This document shows, one piece after another, positions 7,698 to 16,899 of a stretch of DNA of 42,742 nt. The notes below the pieces were generated by a model. The model was not told where the DNA came from. It made no database searches and saw nothing but the letters and a program-made list of their open reading frames with translations. The position numbers and the translations under genes are program-made. The stretch's first letter is position 1. Each line of letters starts with the position of its first letter. The DNA is from a virus (lineage: Duplodnaviria; Caudoviricetes): positions 1-42,742 of the IMG/VR virus record IMGVR_UViG_3300008116_000220. One strand, written 5' to 3'.

Positions 7698-8134
7698 TAG
7701 AATAACTCTTCTTCTGTGATTATTTTAAATTCTAATAGTCTATCTGCACACCATTCTTTAACCGCATTCCACTTTGCTTGATTTACTGCATAAGTTCTAC
7801 ATTCGTGTAGATATGATTTTGTAACTCTGGATCTTTGTTTTGGCGGAAGAGTTTGTTTCTTTGGTTTTACTTCAATCACATAATTTTTAATTTCACCCGA
7901 TGTTTCTTTGATTTTAATTAAATAATCTGGGAAATATCTATGGACTTTGCCATCAACAGGCGATACGTAAGGAACACAGAATTCTTCCGATGCCCAAGAA
8001 ATTATACTTGGATTATGATCACACCAATAACAAAATTTTCTTTCCCAATTACTTCTACAGATTATATTGGAAGAGTCTCCTTTGTATTTGTCTGGGTATG
8101 ATGGTTTGTACTTACTCTTAATACTTTCTCCCAT
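7697..8134 (-). CDS. gp4: Head completion nuclease gp4
   Basis: KYKGD..NIICRSNWERKFC.WCD.NP....WASEE..VPY.SPVDGKVHRYFPD, IEVKPKKQT and NQAKW motifs. Confidence 0.93.
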   Translation of the reverse strand: MGESIKSKYKPSYPDKYKGDSSNIICRSNWERKFCYWCDHNPSIISWASEEFCVPYVSPVDGKVHRYFPDYLIKIKETSGEIKNYVIEVKPKKQTLPPKQRSRVTKSYLHECRTYAVNQAKWNAVKEWCADRLLEFKIITEEELF

Positions 8135-8167
8135 TATCCCTACTACATAATATATACGATCAAAAAG

Positions 8168-8175
8168 TATTTATA
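8168..8175 (-). promoter_or_regulatory. Late promoter TATAAATA for the gp4 operon
   Basis: TATTTATA on the + strand in the divergent gp4/gp54 gap. Confidence 0.7.
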
Positions 8176-8176
8176 G

Positions 8177-9082
8177 ATGGCCATTTCTACGCCAAAACCT
8201 AGAAAAATATCTGATATAAAAAGTTCATTATTGCAGCCAGCAACAACTTCTCATTATGAACTTTTTCTTTCGATTCCAGATCCTGTTTCTTCGATGATGA
8301 ATACGAATGGGATAATCTTTTCTGGGATTCAAAATGATTTACAACTTGCTTGCTGTGAAGCAACTTTACCTGGATCCTCTCTAGCAACCATTGAAATCAA
8401 TAATGATTATACTGGCGTAACTGAAAGGCACGCATATCGTAGAATATATGACGATAGAATAGATTTAACCTTTTATGTCGATACAAGATATACTGTAATT
8501 AGATTTTTTGAAACTTGGCTTAAGTTCATTTCAAATGAAAGTATTTCTGGTGGTCCAAATAATACACCGTTGGGTCTTAAATCTCCGAATTATTTTTATA
8601 CAGTAAGATATCCAGAAGAATATCAAACTCAAAATCTTAGTATTGTTAAATTTGAAAAGGACTATACCACAAAACTTACTTATACTTTTTTGAAGGCATA
8701 TCCGATTAGTATATCTTCTATGCCTATTTCTTATGACTCTTCTTCGTTACTTAAATGTACTGTGTCATTTTCTTACACCAGATACTTTGTTGAGGATCTT
8801 AATGGATCTCCTCCTCCAACAAATAGTGAAAATCCACAAGCATCATTGAATAATCCATTAGAACAAGCAGGATTTAATCTTAATGCTTATCAGACATTCG
8901 TAAATCCTGAGTTTGGTGTAGATACGACTGGAGGAGTAAGTATTCAAAATGCACTTTCTTCTGGCAATTCTATCCAATCTTTTGAAGGTGATGAGATTAT
9001 TAGTGCAGTGAATGCAAATTCGCGTTTTGTTGAATCGGGTCTTCCTTATGTTGGTAGGAACATTGGTCCTCTAGCACCATAA
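8177..9082 (+). CDS. Tail-tube-fold baseplate protein (gp54/gp19-like)
   Basis: CCEATLPGSSLAT, YRRIYDDRIDLTFYVD, FFETW and AYPISISSMPISYD.S.LLKCTVSFSY tube-fold motifs. Confidence 0.8.
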   Translation: MAISTPKPRKISDIKSSLLQPATTSHYELFLSIPDPVSSMMNTNGIIFSGIQNDLQLACCEATLPGSSLATIEINNDYTGVTERHAYRRIYDDRIDLTFYVDTRYTVIRFFETWLKFISNESISGGPNNTPLGLKSPNYFYTVRYPEEYQTQNLSIVKFEKDYTTKLTYTFLKAYPISISSMPISYDSSSLLKCTVSFSYTRYFVEDLNGSPPPTNSENPQASLNNPLEQAGFNLNAYQTFVNPEFGVDTTGGVSIQNALSSGNSIQSFEGDEIISAVNANSRFVESGLPYVGRNIGPLAP

Positions 9083-9085
9083 ATA
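9079..9085 (+). promoter_or_regulatory. Late promoter ATAAATA upstream of gp26
   Basis: Consensus match about 30 nt before ATG9114. Confidence 0.55.
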
Positions 9086-9113
9086 ATCACACCTGAAAAT
9101 TTTATAGGATATT

Positions 9114-9833
9114 ATGCCTTTACCTAAGATTTCTGCGCCTACCTATGAACTTGAGTTGCCTTCTACGGATCAAAAAATTCAATATAGACCTTTCTTGGTC
9201 AAAGAAGAAAAGTTGCTTGTGATTGCTTTAGAAAGTGAAGATATAAAGCAAATTACAACTGCAATTAAAACTGTAATTAAGAATTGTATTTTTACTAAAA
9301 ATATCAAGGTAGAATCTCTTCCAACTTTTGATATTGAATATTTGTTTTTAAATATTCGTGGTAAATCTGTTGGAGAGGAACTTGAGGTTAATATTATTTG
9401 CCCTGACGATGAAACAACTCAAGTTCCTGTGAAAATTAATTTGGATGATATTAAAGTTCAAAAAAATGAAAGTCATACAAATAGAATTAAACTAGATGAT
9501 TCTATTATGATGGAAATGAAATATCCTTCATTGGATCAATTTATTAAGAACAATTTTGATTTCAGTGATAAAAATGCAATGGATCAGTCTTTTGAATTGA
9601 TTGCATCTTGTATTGATAAGATTTTTACAGAAGAAGAAGCTTGGACAACTTCTGATGTAACCAAGAAAGAAATGAATGACTTTTTGGAATCAATGAATTC
9701 TTCTCAGTTCAAAGATATTGAAAAGTTCTTTGAAACAATGCCTAAACTTTCTCATAAAATTAAAGTTAAGAATCCAGTTACTGAAGTTGAAAGTGAAGTT
9801 GTTTTAGAAGGGTTAGCATCTTTTTTCGCGTGA
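9114..9833 (+). CDS. gp26: Baseplate hub assembly chaperone gp26
   Basis: MPLPKI..PTYELELPS, YRPFLVKEEKLL, FDIEYLFLNIRGKSVGE, FFETMPKL and LEGLASFF motifs. Confidence 0.92.
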   Translation: MPLPKISAPTYELELPSTDQKIQYRPFLVKEEKLLVIALESEDIKQITTAIKTVIKNCIFTKNIKVESLPTFDIEYLFLNIRGKSVGEELEVNIICPDDETTQVPVKINLDDIKVQKNESHTNRIKLDDSIMMEMKYPSLDQFIKNNFDFSDKNAMDQSFELIASCIDKIFTEEEAWTTSDVTKKEMNDFLESMNSSQFKDIEKFFETMPKLSHKIKVKNPVTEVESEVVLEGLASFFA

Positions 9834-9851
9834 GTATGGTCCATATGGACC
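9821..9851 (+). promoter_or_regulatory. Candidate -1 programmed ribosomal frameshift signal (T TTT TTC plus GGTCC-ATAT-GGACC hairpin)
   Basis: Slippery heptamer lies in the gp26 reading frame just before its stop. The -1 frame is open into gp51. Confidence 0.6.
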
Positions 9852-10024
9852 TTGAAAATTATTTCAAACTTAATTTTTCTTTGATGCAATACCATAAATA
9901 TTCATTATGGGAAATTGAAGGTATGATCCCTTGGGAAAGGGATATTTACGTTAGTTTATTGCAACAGCACCTTGAAGAAGAAGAGTTAAAACAAAAACAG
10001 CAGATGAGCAATGCCCACTTCTAA
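9830..10024 (+). CDS. gp51: Baseplate hub assembly catalyst gp51-like (possibly made as a gp26 frameshift extension)
   Basis: LENYFKLNFSLMQYHKYSLWEIEGMIPWERDIYV.LL motif. Confidence 0.85.
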   Translation: MSMVHMDLENYFKLNFSLMQYHKYSLWEIEGMIPWERDIYVSLLQQHLEEEELKQKQQMSNAHF

Positions 10025-12653
10025 AGCAATAAGTGCTTCTAGTTTTTTTGGTAAGGATAGGTATGAATATTACCTAAATGAACTCCTTACGGAGAATACT
10101 GTCGGTGGGCAAAAATTATCTAAAGAACAATTAAAAGAAGGATTTTCTAGAAGAAAAAATAAGATAAGTTTTGAAAAGTTTGTTGATAAAGTCGTAACCA
10201 CAAAAGCAGCAAAAGCAGCAGTTTCTTCTCCTGGGAAAGGTCCTTCTCCAGCGTCTGGTGGTGGAATGAAGGGACCTCGCGGAAATGCTCTTGTGAGATC
10301 CCCATCTAGTGCATTGCAGAAATATACTGGAGTTTCTCAAAAAGTTGGCGCAGGAATAGAAGAAGATATTTCTGCAATTGCTAAGTATATGTCTTCGATT
10401 GCAGATACACTTGCTCTGCAAAAGAAAGTGGATGATGATGCATCTGCATATGAAAAAAGGAAAGCAGAACAAGAGAAAAGAAATCTTGCAGAGAATAAAT
10501 TAGAAAAAAGGTTTGAAGGATTAAAGAAATTAGCAGAAAAAATTATTGCTCCAGTAAAATCCTTACTTGATAAAATACTTCAATTCTTTACCACAGTCAT
10601 ACTTGGAAGAATCGTATATAGACTTGTAGAATGGTTGGGTGATGAAAAGAATGTAAGTAAAGTTAAATCTATTATTCGTTTTGTAAAAGATTGGTGGCCT
10701 GCATTACTTGGGTCCTATATTTTATTTGGAACAAGTTTTGGTAAGTTGGTTAGAGGTTTAACAGGGACTGTCGGCAGATTTATATTCCAAATAGGAAAAG
10801 TTGCAATACCTCAACTTCTAAAAGTCATTGCAAAAAATCCACTTACTTCTTTGGTTGTTGGTGGTGCAGCTGCTGCTGGTGTTGGTGCTTATGCTGCTTC
10901 TCAACAAAATGAACAAAAAAGAGAAGGGGTAAAACCTGGACAAGGAACTCCAGGATCAACACAACTGCAAAGAGAGCAAGTTTTGCAGCGTGGTTTGGGT
11001 GGAATGTTTAATGGTGGTGGATTTGTAAATGGGTTTGTAAGTGGTGAGAAGGGTGTAGATAAAGTTCCTGCGATGCTTTCTGATGGCGAGTTTGTGATGT
11101 CTCGGGGTGCTGTTGCTAAGTATGGTGTTGATACTTTGGAGGCAATGAATGCCGCTGGAGGTGGAACTAACAAACCTAAGATTATGAGCGGAACCACTTA
11201 TGCCCAAGGTGGTGGTATGATTGGTGATATACCTCTTGCTTCTAGTTATGGAACAAATCCTGATGTTGATACTCTTAGACGTGCTGCACGTGTTTTTAGG
11301 CAATTTGGAACAGAAGAAGATTTGTTTAAAGCATTTAAGAAATTGAATGGAGTGCCTGATTTTGCAAAAATGGTCGGTGGAGAAAATATTTACGAAAGAA
11401 TATTTCAGGGACATCACGGTGCTGATGATGCGCTTGATGCTATTCGCCAATCTGCAGCAGACAAAATAAAAGCAGTTAATAATCCACAATCATTTACTCA
11501 AAGTTCTAGAGCAGCAGCAGGACTTGATGACTTGGCGAAGAAATTTGATATGGATGCAAAAACTGCTCCAAGATATGCAGAAAACTTACCAAGATTAAAC
11601 ACACCAAAATCAAATTTGAGAGGTCAATTCACAAATCTTAAATCAGATTATTTTTTAAGAGGTCAATTTAGTAATCTTCCTGCAGACTATTTTTCAAAAG
11701 CAGCGAAAAATGTTAGAGCACCTATCCCCGCAACCAGTGCTATTGTTCCTTATACTGGTGGAGGACTTGCTAGAACTGGAATAACTGGAGGACTTTCTGT
11801 TCCGCAAATAAAAACTAATATGAAAGTTCCTGGTGGATTTGGAAATCTCAAGTCTCTTGGTGTGGAATTATTGTTAAGTTATTTGGTGCAAAGTGGATTG
11901 GATTATGTTGAAGCAAAGAGACTTGCATCATCTATTGAAAAGGCAAGAAAAGAATCGCCAGAAAAACTTAGAAATAGAATAGAAAAGTTGAGAGAACTTG
12001 TTGATAAAGAAGAAAGATTCCAAAAAAGTTTTGGTGGAATTCTTCAGAAAGTTATTAAACTTGGTGGAGAAACTGGTTCTGAAGTTTTATCAAGGCAAGC
12101 AAAAACTATTTTGTCTGGTTTAGGGGCAAAGACTTTCCAAGGTGGAAAAATTATGGGTGGTTATGGATTAAAAGACCAGTCCTTTAAAGATGCTCCTAAA
12201 ACTCAGATTATGACTGATGATAAAGGAAGACCTTTTGTTGGATATAAAGCAATGAGAGGTGGTAAGACAGTTTATGTAAGAGGACCGCAACCAGGAACAG
12301 GAACAAGTAATCCACTTGAATCACTTGGAAGAATGATAAATCCCGGTGCGTATAAAAATATTGATGCTGCAAATGCAAGAAAGAAATATGATGAGGCATC
12401 AAAAGGATCTATTTCTTCCTTGAAAGCAAGGGGAGCAACCCAAGCAACTATTGCTAAGAGACAGTCAGAATTAAATAAGAGAAAACCTTTATCACCTCCA
12501 ACAAAACCCAAACCAAAAGTTGTAGTTGCTGGAGGTGGAATGAATGGTAGAAGAGGAAGTGGAAGCAAACCATCAACTTCAAATGTACCTAATTTCAGTG
12601 CTTCTACTAGAGGCAGTAGATCAAAGCAAAATACTTTAGGGTTGGCGAGGTAA
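10011..12653 (+). CDS. Tape-measure-like/baseplate hub protein 1 (gp29-like)
   Basis: Long helical Ala/Gly/Lys-rich protein with a coiled coil, amphipathic segments and the DKVPAMLSDGEFVM....V..YG...LEAMN motif. Follows gp26/gp51. Confidence 0.7.
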   Translation: MPTSKAISASSFFGKDRYEYYLNELLTENTVGGQKLSKEQLKEGFSRRKNKISFEKFVDKVVTTKAAKAAVSSPGKGPSPASGGGMKGPRGNALVRSPSSALQKYTGVSQKVGAGIEEDISAIAKYMSSIADTLALQKKVDDDASAYEKRKAEQEKRNLAENKLEKRFEGLKKLAEKIIAPVKSLLDKILQFFTTVILGRIVYRLVEWLGDEKNVSKVKSIIRFVKDWWPALLGSYILFGTSFGKLVRGLTGTVGRFIFQIGKVAIPQLLKVIAKNPLTSLVVGGAAAAGVGAYAASQQNEQKREGVKPGQGTPGSTQLQREQVLQRGLGGMFNGGGFVNGFVSGEKGVDKVPAMLSDGEFVMSRGAVAKYGVDTLEAMNAAGGGTNKPKIMSGTTYAQGGGMIGDIPLASSYGTNPDVDTLRRAARVFRQFGTEEDLFKAFKKLNGVPDFAKMVGGENIYERIFQGHHGADDALDAIRQSAADKIKAVNNPQSFTQSSRAAAGLDDLAKKFDMDAKTAPRYAENLPRLNTPKSNLRGQFTNLKSDYFLRGQFSNLPADYFSKAAKNVRAPIPATSAIVPYTGGGLARTGITGGLSVPQIKTNMKVPGGFGNLKSLGVELLLSYLVQSGLDYVEAKRLASSIEKARKESPEKLRNRIEKLRELVDKEERFQKSFGGILQKVIKLGGETGSEVLSRQAKTILSGLGAKTFQGGKIMGGYGLKDQSFKDAPKTQIMTDDKGRPFVGYKAMRGGKTVYVRGPQPGTGTSNPLESLGRMINPGAYKNIDAANARKKYDEASKGSISSLKARGATQATIAKRQSELNKRKPLSPPTKPKPKVVVAGGGMNGRRGSGSKPSTSNVPNFSASTRGSRSKQNTLGLAR

Positions 12654-12658
12654 GATAA

Positions 12659-15600
12659 ATGGCGATTAATACCCAAAAGTTTTTGCCTTCCGCAAAAGGG
12701 GGAGCACTATCAAAAGTTAATAATAATATTATTAAAGGTTCCTCATCTATAGGATTTACTAATAAGTCTGTTGAAAATCTTGGTATTGTTCGTGTTAAAG
12801 TAATTCAAATTGATGATATATTAAAAGGAACTCTAGCAGCAGATAAGAAAAAACTGAATGAAGAAAAGAAAAAAGAGAGTTCTGAGAGACGTGAAAAAAT
12901 AGAAGAAAAATTAGAAACAAAACCAAACGCAGAAAAGGGCAAAATAAAAATGCCTAGTCTGCCTAGAATGGGATTTTTGGATTGGGTAAAGAACTTTATT
13001 GGAAATATTATTCTTGGATATTTTGCAGTCAGACTAGTAGATCATTTGCCAAAGATAATACCTATTGTAAAGTTTTTGGGTAAGGCAACTGATTTTGTTC
13101 TTGGTGTTGGTGGAAAACTTTTAGATGGTCTTGTAACTTTTATTGATTGGGGATATAAGGCTTATGATGCTACTCGTGGATTTATAAAAAATCTTTTTGG
13201 TGATGATGGCGCAAAACAGTTTGATCAACTATCTAGTTCATTAAATCAGTTTTTAAATCTTGCTATTATCGCAGGAATGGCTGTTGCTGGTTCTGGTGGA
13301 TTTGGTGGTGGGAAGGGACGTGGTACTGCGGTAAGACCTGGCGGAAAACCTAAGGTTACTACAAGTGGTGGTAGAACAGTAGGGAGACCTGATGTAAGAA
13401 ATCCTTTTAGACAAAGACCTAAAGTAACAGTTGGACGTGGTGGTAATAGAGCACTTCTTTCTTCGGTAAGACCATTTTTAAAAAGGATTCCTCTTCCGGT
13501 AGTTGGAGCACTGATTGATTTTGGTTTGTCTGTTGCTCTTGGAGAGAACCCTGGAAGAGCAGCATTTAGAGCAATTGGTGCAGGACTCCTTGGTGCTGTT
13601 GGTGCTGCTGCAGGAACCGTTGTGCCTGTTGCTGGAAACTTTATTGGGGGATTGTTAGGGGGTGTTGCTGGTGATGCTATTGGTGGTGTCTTATATGATT
13701 TTCTTTTTGGTGGTAAGTCTTCATCCGCGAAAGGAAAGACTGTTAAGAAAGCAGGCGGCGGAATAACAAGATCTGGAAGACCTCAGCGTGGAGTAAGAAG
13801 AACACTAACAAGAAAAGCAAAATATAAAAGAAAATTAGTACCAAAAAAACCTGGTGATGTTGAGGCAACTTCTCCTGGTTCTGATGTTGGTGGGGAGCAA
13901 AAATTATTTGGGTTATTTCCAAATCCCTTTAAAATGATGCAGGAAAAAGCAAATGAATTAATTAATCCATTTAAAATGATTCAAAACGCGGGTAAGAATC
14001 TTGGAGATAGTGATTACTTTGGACCAATACTTGCAATTACTTCTAAGATACTTTTGGGGCAAAAACCAACACAAGAAGACTATAAAAATGTTGGTCTTGG
14101 AATTAATATGTTGGTTGCAAAAGGAATAGATGATGGGAAATTAAAGGGTGGTCTTGCTGCTTTTGCTGAGGGTGGATTTGTTGATCCTAAAACACTAGAT
14201 GCCATTGCTCAAGGTGGTGATATTAGTGATTGGGTAGCAAAAGCATTTAAGGAATCTACTGAGACAAATTCTCAGAAAACGCTGAGGGAAATACAGGAAA
14301 ACTTGAGACTTAGGAAACCCGGAGGAGATGAAAAAACTGCTCCAAGTGCGGAAGATATGGGAGAAGGTGGAGGAGTTCAAGTTTCTAGTGATAGTGAAGA
14401 TTTTTGGTTGCTTGCTACAGCAGCAATGTTTGAAAATTCTCATCCACAAGGTTCTGCAGATGTTGCTCAAGTGATTTATAATAGAACACAATATCCTGCT
14501 TGGAATGCCCCTACTATCAAAAAAGCAATATTAAATCCTGGTCAATTTCAACCAGTTAGACAATATGGTGGTACTGATGCTTGGTCAAAAATAAAAACAA
14601 AACAAGATGCTATTAGGTTTTCTAAAACTCACGGTAAAACACAGGAACAACTTGAGAGAGTTGCTGCCGCTTTATTAGATACTAATAAACAACAATCTGC
14701 TAGACAATTTGTTGGAGCAAGAGACAGTTTTAGAGCAGATGCTTATGAAAAAGCAAATAATCATCTTGCAAACGAGACAGAAAAATCAAGGCACGGGCAT
14801 ACTTTTGGATTTGAACCTGGTGGGGCAATGATAGGACAATTTAAGGCAGGTAAATTAAGTGCAGCGCAGGTTAATGCTAATATAAAAGGAGAAACATCTT
14901 ATTCTAGTGATGTTGGTTCTGGTTCTGGGAATTGGAGATTTGGATTAACTGGAAGAACATATATGTCTCAACCTAACTGGTCTCACGCACACTTTCAATC
15001 TTTTGATGGATCTGTTGATACTTTAGTAAGGGATGGAGTTCCTTTAATCAAAAAAATGGCAGGATCTGGGTTAAAACCAGAACTTTCTGACGGAACTCCT
15101 ATATTAGCAAATAAAAATAATGATTACTATGTTAATCTGATTAGAAAAGGTCAAGCAATGCATACTCATTCTGGCAGGAAAGCTGCATTTGATGTTAATA
15201 TGCCCGGATTCCCTTTGGTTCCTTTTAGACTTACTAATTTTCAAAATGATCCTGGTGGTGGTGGAAATTATGCAACCGTTCCTGGATCCGGTAAAACCGT
15301 ATTGATGCATATGAGTAGTAAATTGAATGGTTATGATAAAGGTGGATTTACTAAGTCATACCCTCATATTGCAAAAATTGCTGAGAAGGGAAGAGAGTTT
15401 GTTATTGATGCAGATTCTACTGCTGCAATTGAAGGAACTTTTCCAGGTTTCTTAGATGCTATTAATAAGGCAAAATATAAAGATGCTATAAATGTTTTAA
15501 GTAATTTTGCTTCGTATGAATCTGGGTCTGAGCAAATTGTAATTGTACCTAATACTCAAATTGTTGCGGGAAGTGGGGATGCTTATGAAGGTGGGGGAGG

Positions 15601-15664
15601 TTTGATGATTTCTTCTAACGAAAGTGAATCCGATCCATTTGACTCTCTTTATGTTGGTGGTTAA
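12659..15664 (+). CDS. Tape-measure-like protein 2 with SleB/Hydrolase_2-like and M23-like cell-wall hydrolase domains
   Basis: Gly-zipper hydrophobic helices. LLATAAMFEN....ADVAQVIYNR....TIKKAILNPGQFQPV...GHTF is Hydrolase_2-like. TGRT..HAHF, H..D, GGGNY and MHMS are M23-like motifs. C-terminal AEKGREFVI. Confidence 0.72.
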   Translation: MAINTQKFLPSAKGGALSKVNNNIIKGSSSIGFTNKSVENLGIVRVKVIQIDDILKGTLAADKKKLNEEKKKESSERREKIEEKLETKPNAEKGKIKMPSLPRMGFLDWVKNFIGNIILGYFAVRLVDHLPKIIPIVKFLGKATDFVLGVGGKLLDGLVTFIDWGYKAYDATRGFIKNLFGDDGAKQFDQLSSSLNQFLNLAIIAGMAVAGSGGFGGGKGRGTAVRPGGKPKVTTSGGRTVGRPDVRNPFRQRPKVTVGRGGNRALLSSVRPFLKRIPLPVVGALIDFGLSVALGENPGRAAFRAIGAGLLGAVGAAAGTVVPVAGNFIGGLLGGVAGDAIGGVLYDFLFGGKSSSAKGKTVKKAGGGITRSGRPQRGVRRTLTRKAKYKRKLVPKKPGDVEATSPGSDVGGEQKLFGLFPNPFKMMQEKANELINPFKMIQNAGKNLGDSDYFGPILAITSKILLGQKPTQEDYKNVGLGINMLVAKGIDDGKLKGGLAAFAEGGFVDPKTLDAIAQGGDISDWVAKAFKESTETNSQKTLREIQENLRLRKPGGDEKTAPSAEDMGEGGGVQVSSDSEDFWLLATAAMFENSHPQGSADVAQVIYNRTQYPAWNAPTIKKAILNPGQFQPVRQYGGTDAWSKIKTKQDAIRFSKTHGKTQEQLERVAAALLDTNKQQSARQFVGARDSFRADAYEKANNHLANETEKSRHGHTFGFEPGGAMIGQFKAGKLSAAQVNANIKGETSYSSDVGSGSGNWRFGLTGRTYMSQPNWSHAHFQSFDGSVDTLVRDGVPLIKKMAGSGLKPELSDGTPILANKNNDYYVNLIRKGQAMHTHSGRKAAFDVNMPGFPLVPFRLTNFQNDPGGGGNYATVPGSGKTVLMHMSSKLNGYDKGGFTKSYPHIAKIAEKGREFVIDADSTAAIEGTFPGFLDAINKAKYKDAINVLSNFASYESGSEQIVIVPNTQIVAGSGDAYEGGGGLMISSNESESDPFDSLYVGG

Positions 15665-15667
15665 ATA
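15661..15667 (+). promoter_or_regulatory. Probable late promoter TTAAATA
   Basis: TAAATA core about 20 nt before ATG15688, followed by a GAGG SD. Confidence 0.45.
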
Positions 15668-15687
15668 TAAGTAAGAGGTAATAACAA

Positions 15688-16899
15688 ATGGCGAATTTCA
15701 TAGCAACTAAAAGCGCAGAATCTTCTTATATACAGAGACTAGATGTAGTTTCTAATAAGGATCAAAGTAAAACGCCTATTGTTGGGCAGGAAAAAGTATA
15801 TTTGAAATTTACTGATAATAATGAAGTTACTTTAGACTTAGTTCTTTATGTGAATAAAGTTTCTCCAATTTCAGAAGATACTACAAAATCTATGATTCAA
15901 TTGGAATTAGTTTCCAAAGAATTTATTATGAATGAAAAAATTAGACTCAATGAAAGATTTGATGGTAAAATTTCCGAACACATTAAGCAGATTTTAACGG
16001 ACCAAAAATATCTTTCCACGGGCAAAAAAGTTGATATTGAAGATACATCTAATAACTATAATTTTATTGGAAATAATAGAAAACCATATTATGCTTTAAA
16101 TTGGTTGTCTAAAAAAGCAGTCCCTAATTTTTCAGAAGCGACTGGAAATACTGCGGGATATTTTTTCTTTGAAACTACAGATGGATTTAAATTTAAGTCT
16201 ATAGATTCTTTATTAAGCCAAGAAAAGAAAAAGTCTATTATATTCAACCAAACACCAGACTCTAGGGGAGATAATGTTCCTTCTGGATATGATGTTAAAG
16301 CACTTGATTATTATAAAGATAATAGAGTTGATGTCCAAGAAAAATTAAAAATGGGAGCATTTTCAACTCGCACAGTTTTATTTGATCCCTTTAGTTGTTA
16401 TTATGAAGTTATTACTCCAAATGCAAAAGAAAAAGAAAAATCTTTAAAACTAGGAGGAAAGGAACTTCCAACTTTAAACCCAGAATTTAACCGACTTGGC
16501 AGTAATAAAGAATTTTCTAGGACAACTTATTACTTATTGGATAAAGGAACATTACCCTCTGGGAACACTCAACAGCAACTTAGTAAATCCAAAGAAGAAA
16601 ATTTTGAATATAAGAATATATTAAATCAATCTATAATGAGATACAATCAATTATTTTCTTTAAAGAGTACTATTACTATCCCTGGAGATTTTTCTTTGCA
16701 CGCTGGGGATGTTGTTTTTGTAGATGCTAAAGAATTGTCGATTAATGATGAAGAGGTAAATAAGGAATATGGTGGTCTATATATTATAGCAGATTTATGT
16801 CACTACATTTCCCCAAAAGAAACTTATACTAAATTAAATTTGGTTAGAGATTCTTTTGGTAGAGTTGGCAATCACACTTCTGGTAAAGTACCATTATGA
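15688..16899 (+). CDS. Baseplate hub protein (gp27/GPD-like fold)
   Basis: WL.KKA, GYFFFET.DGFKFKSIDSL, ITIPGDFSLHAGD and GGLYIIADLCH...TKLNLVRDS motifs; located between the tape measure and gp5. Confidence 0.72.
   Translation: MANFIATKSAESSYIQRLDVVSNKDQSKTPIVGQEKVYLKFTDNNEVTLDLVLYVNKVSPISEDTTKSMIQLELVSKEFIMNEKIRLNERFDGKISEHIKQILTDQKYLSTGKKVDIEDTSNNYNFIGNNRKPYYALNWLSKKAVPNFSEATGNTAGYFFFETTDGFKFKSIDSLLSQEKKKSIIFNQTPDSRGDNVPSGYDVKALDYYKDNRVDVQEKLKMGAFSTRTVLFDPFSCYYEVITPNAKEKEKSLKLGGKELPTLNPEFNRLGSNKEFSRTTYYLLDKGTLPSGNTQQQLSKSKEENFEYKNILNQSIMRYNQLFSLKSTITIPGDFSLHAGDVVFVDAKELSINDEEVNKEYGGLYIIADLCHYISPKETYTKLNLVRDSFGRVGNHTSGKVPL

Noticed and set aside
15644-15678. Weak hairpin around the promoter and SD of the hub gene
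   Set aside because: Needs a bulge and a G-U pair in AT-rich sequence; too weak to support.
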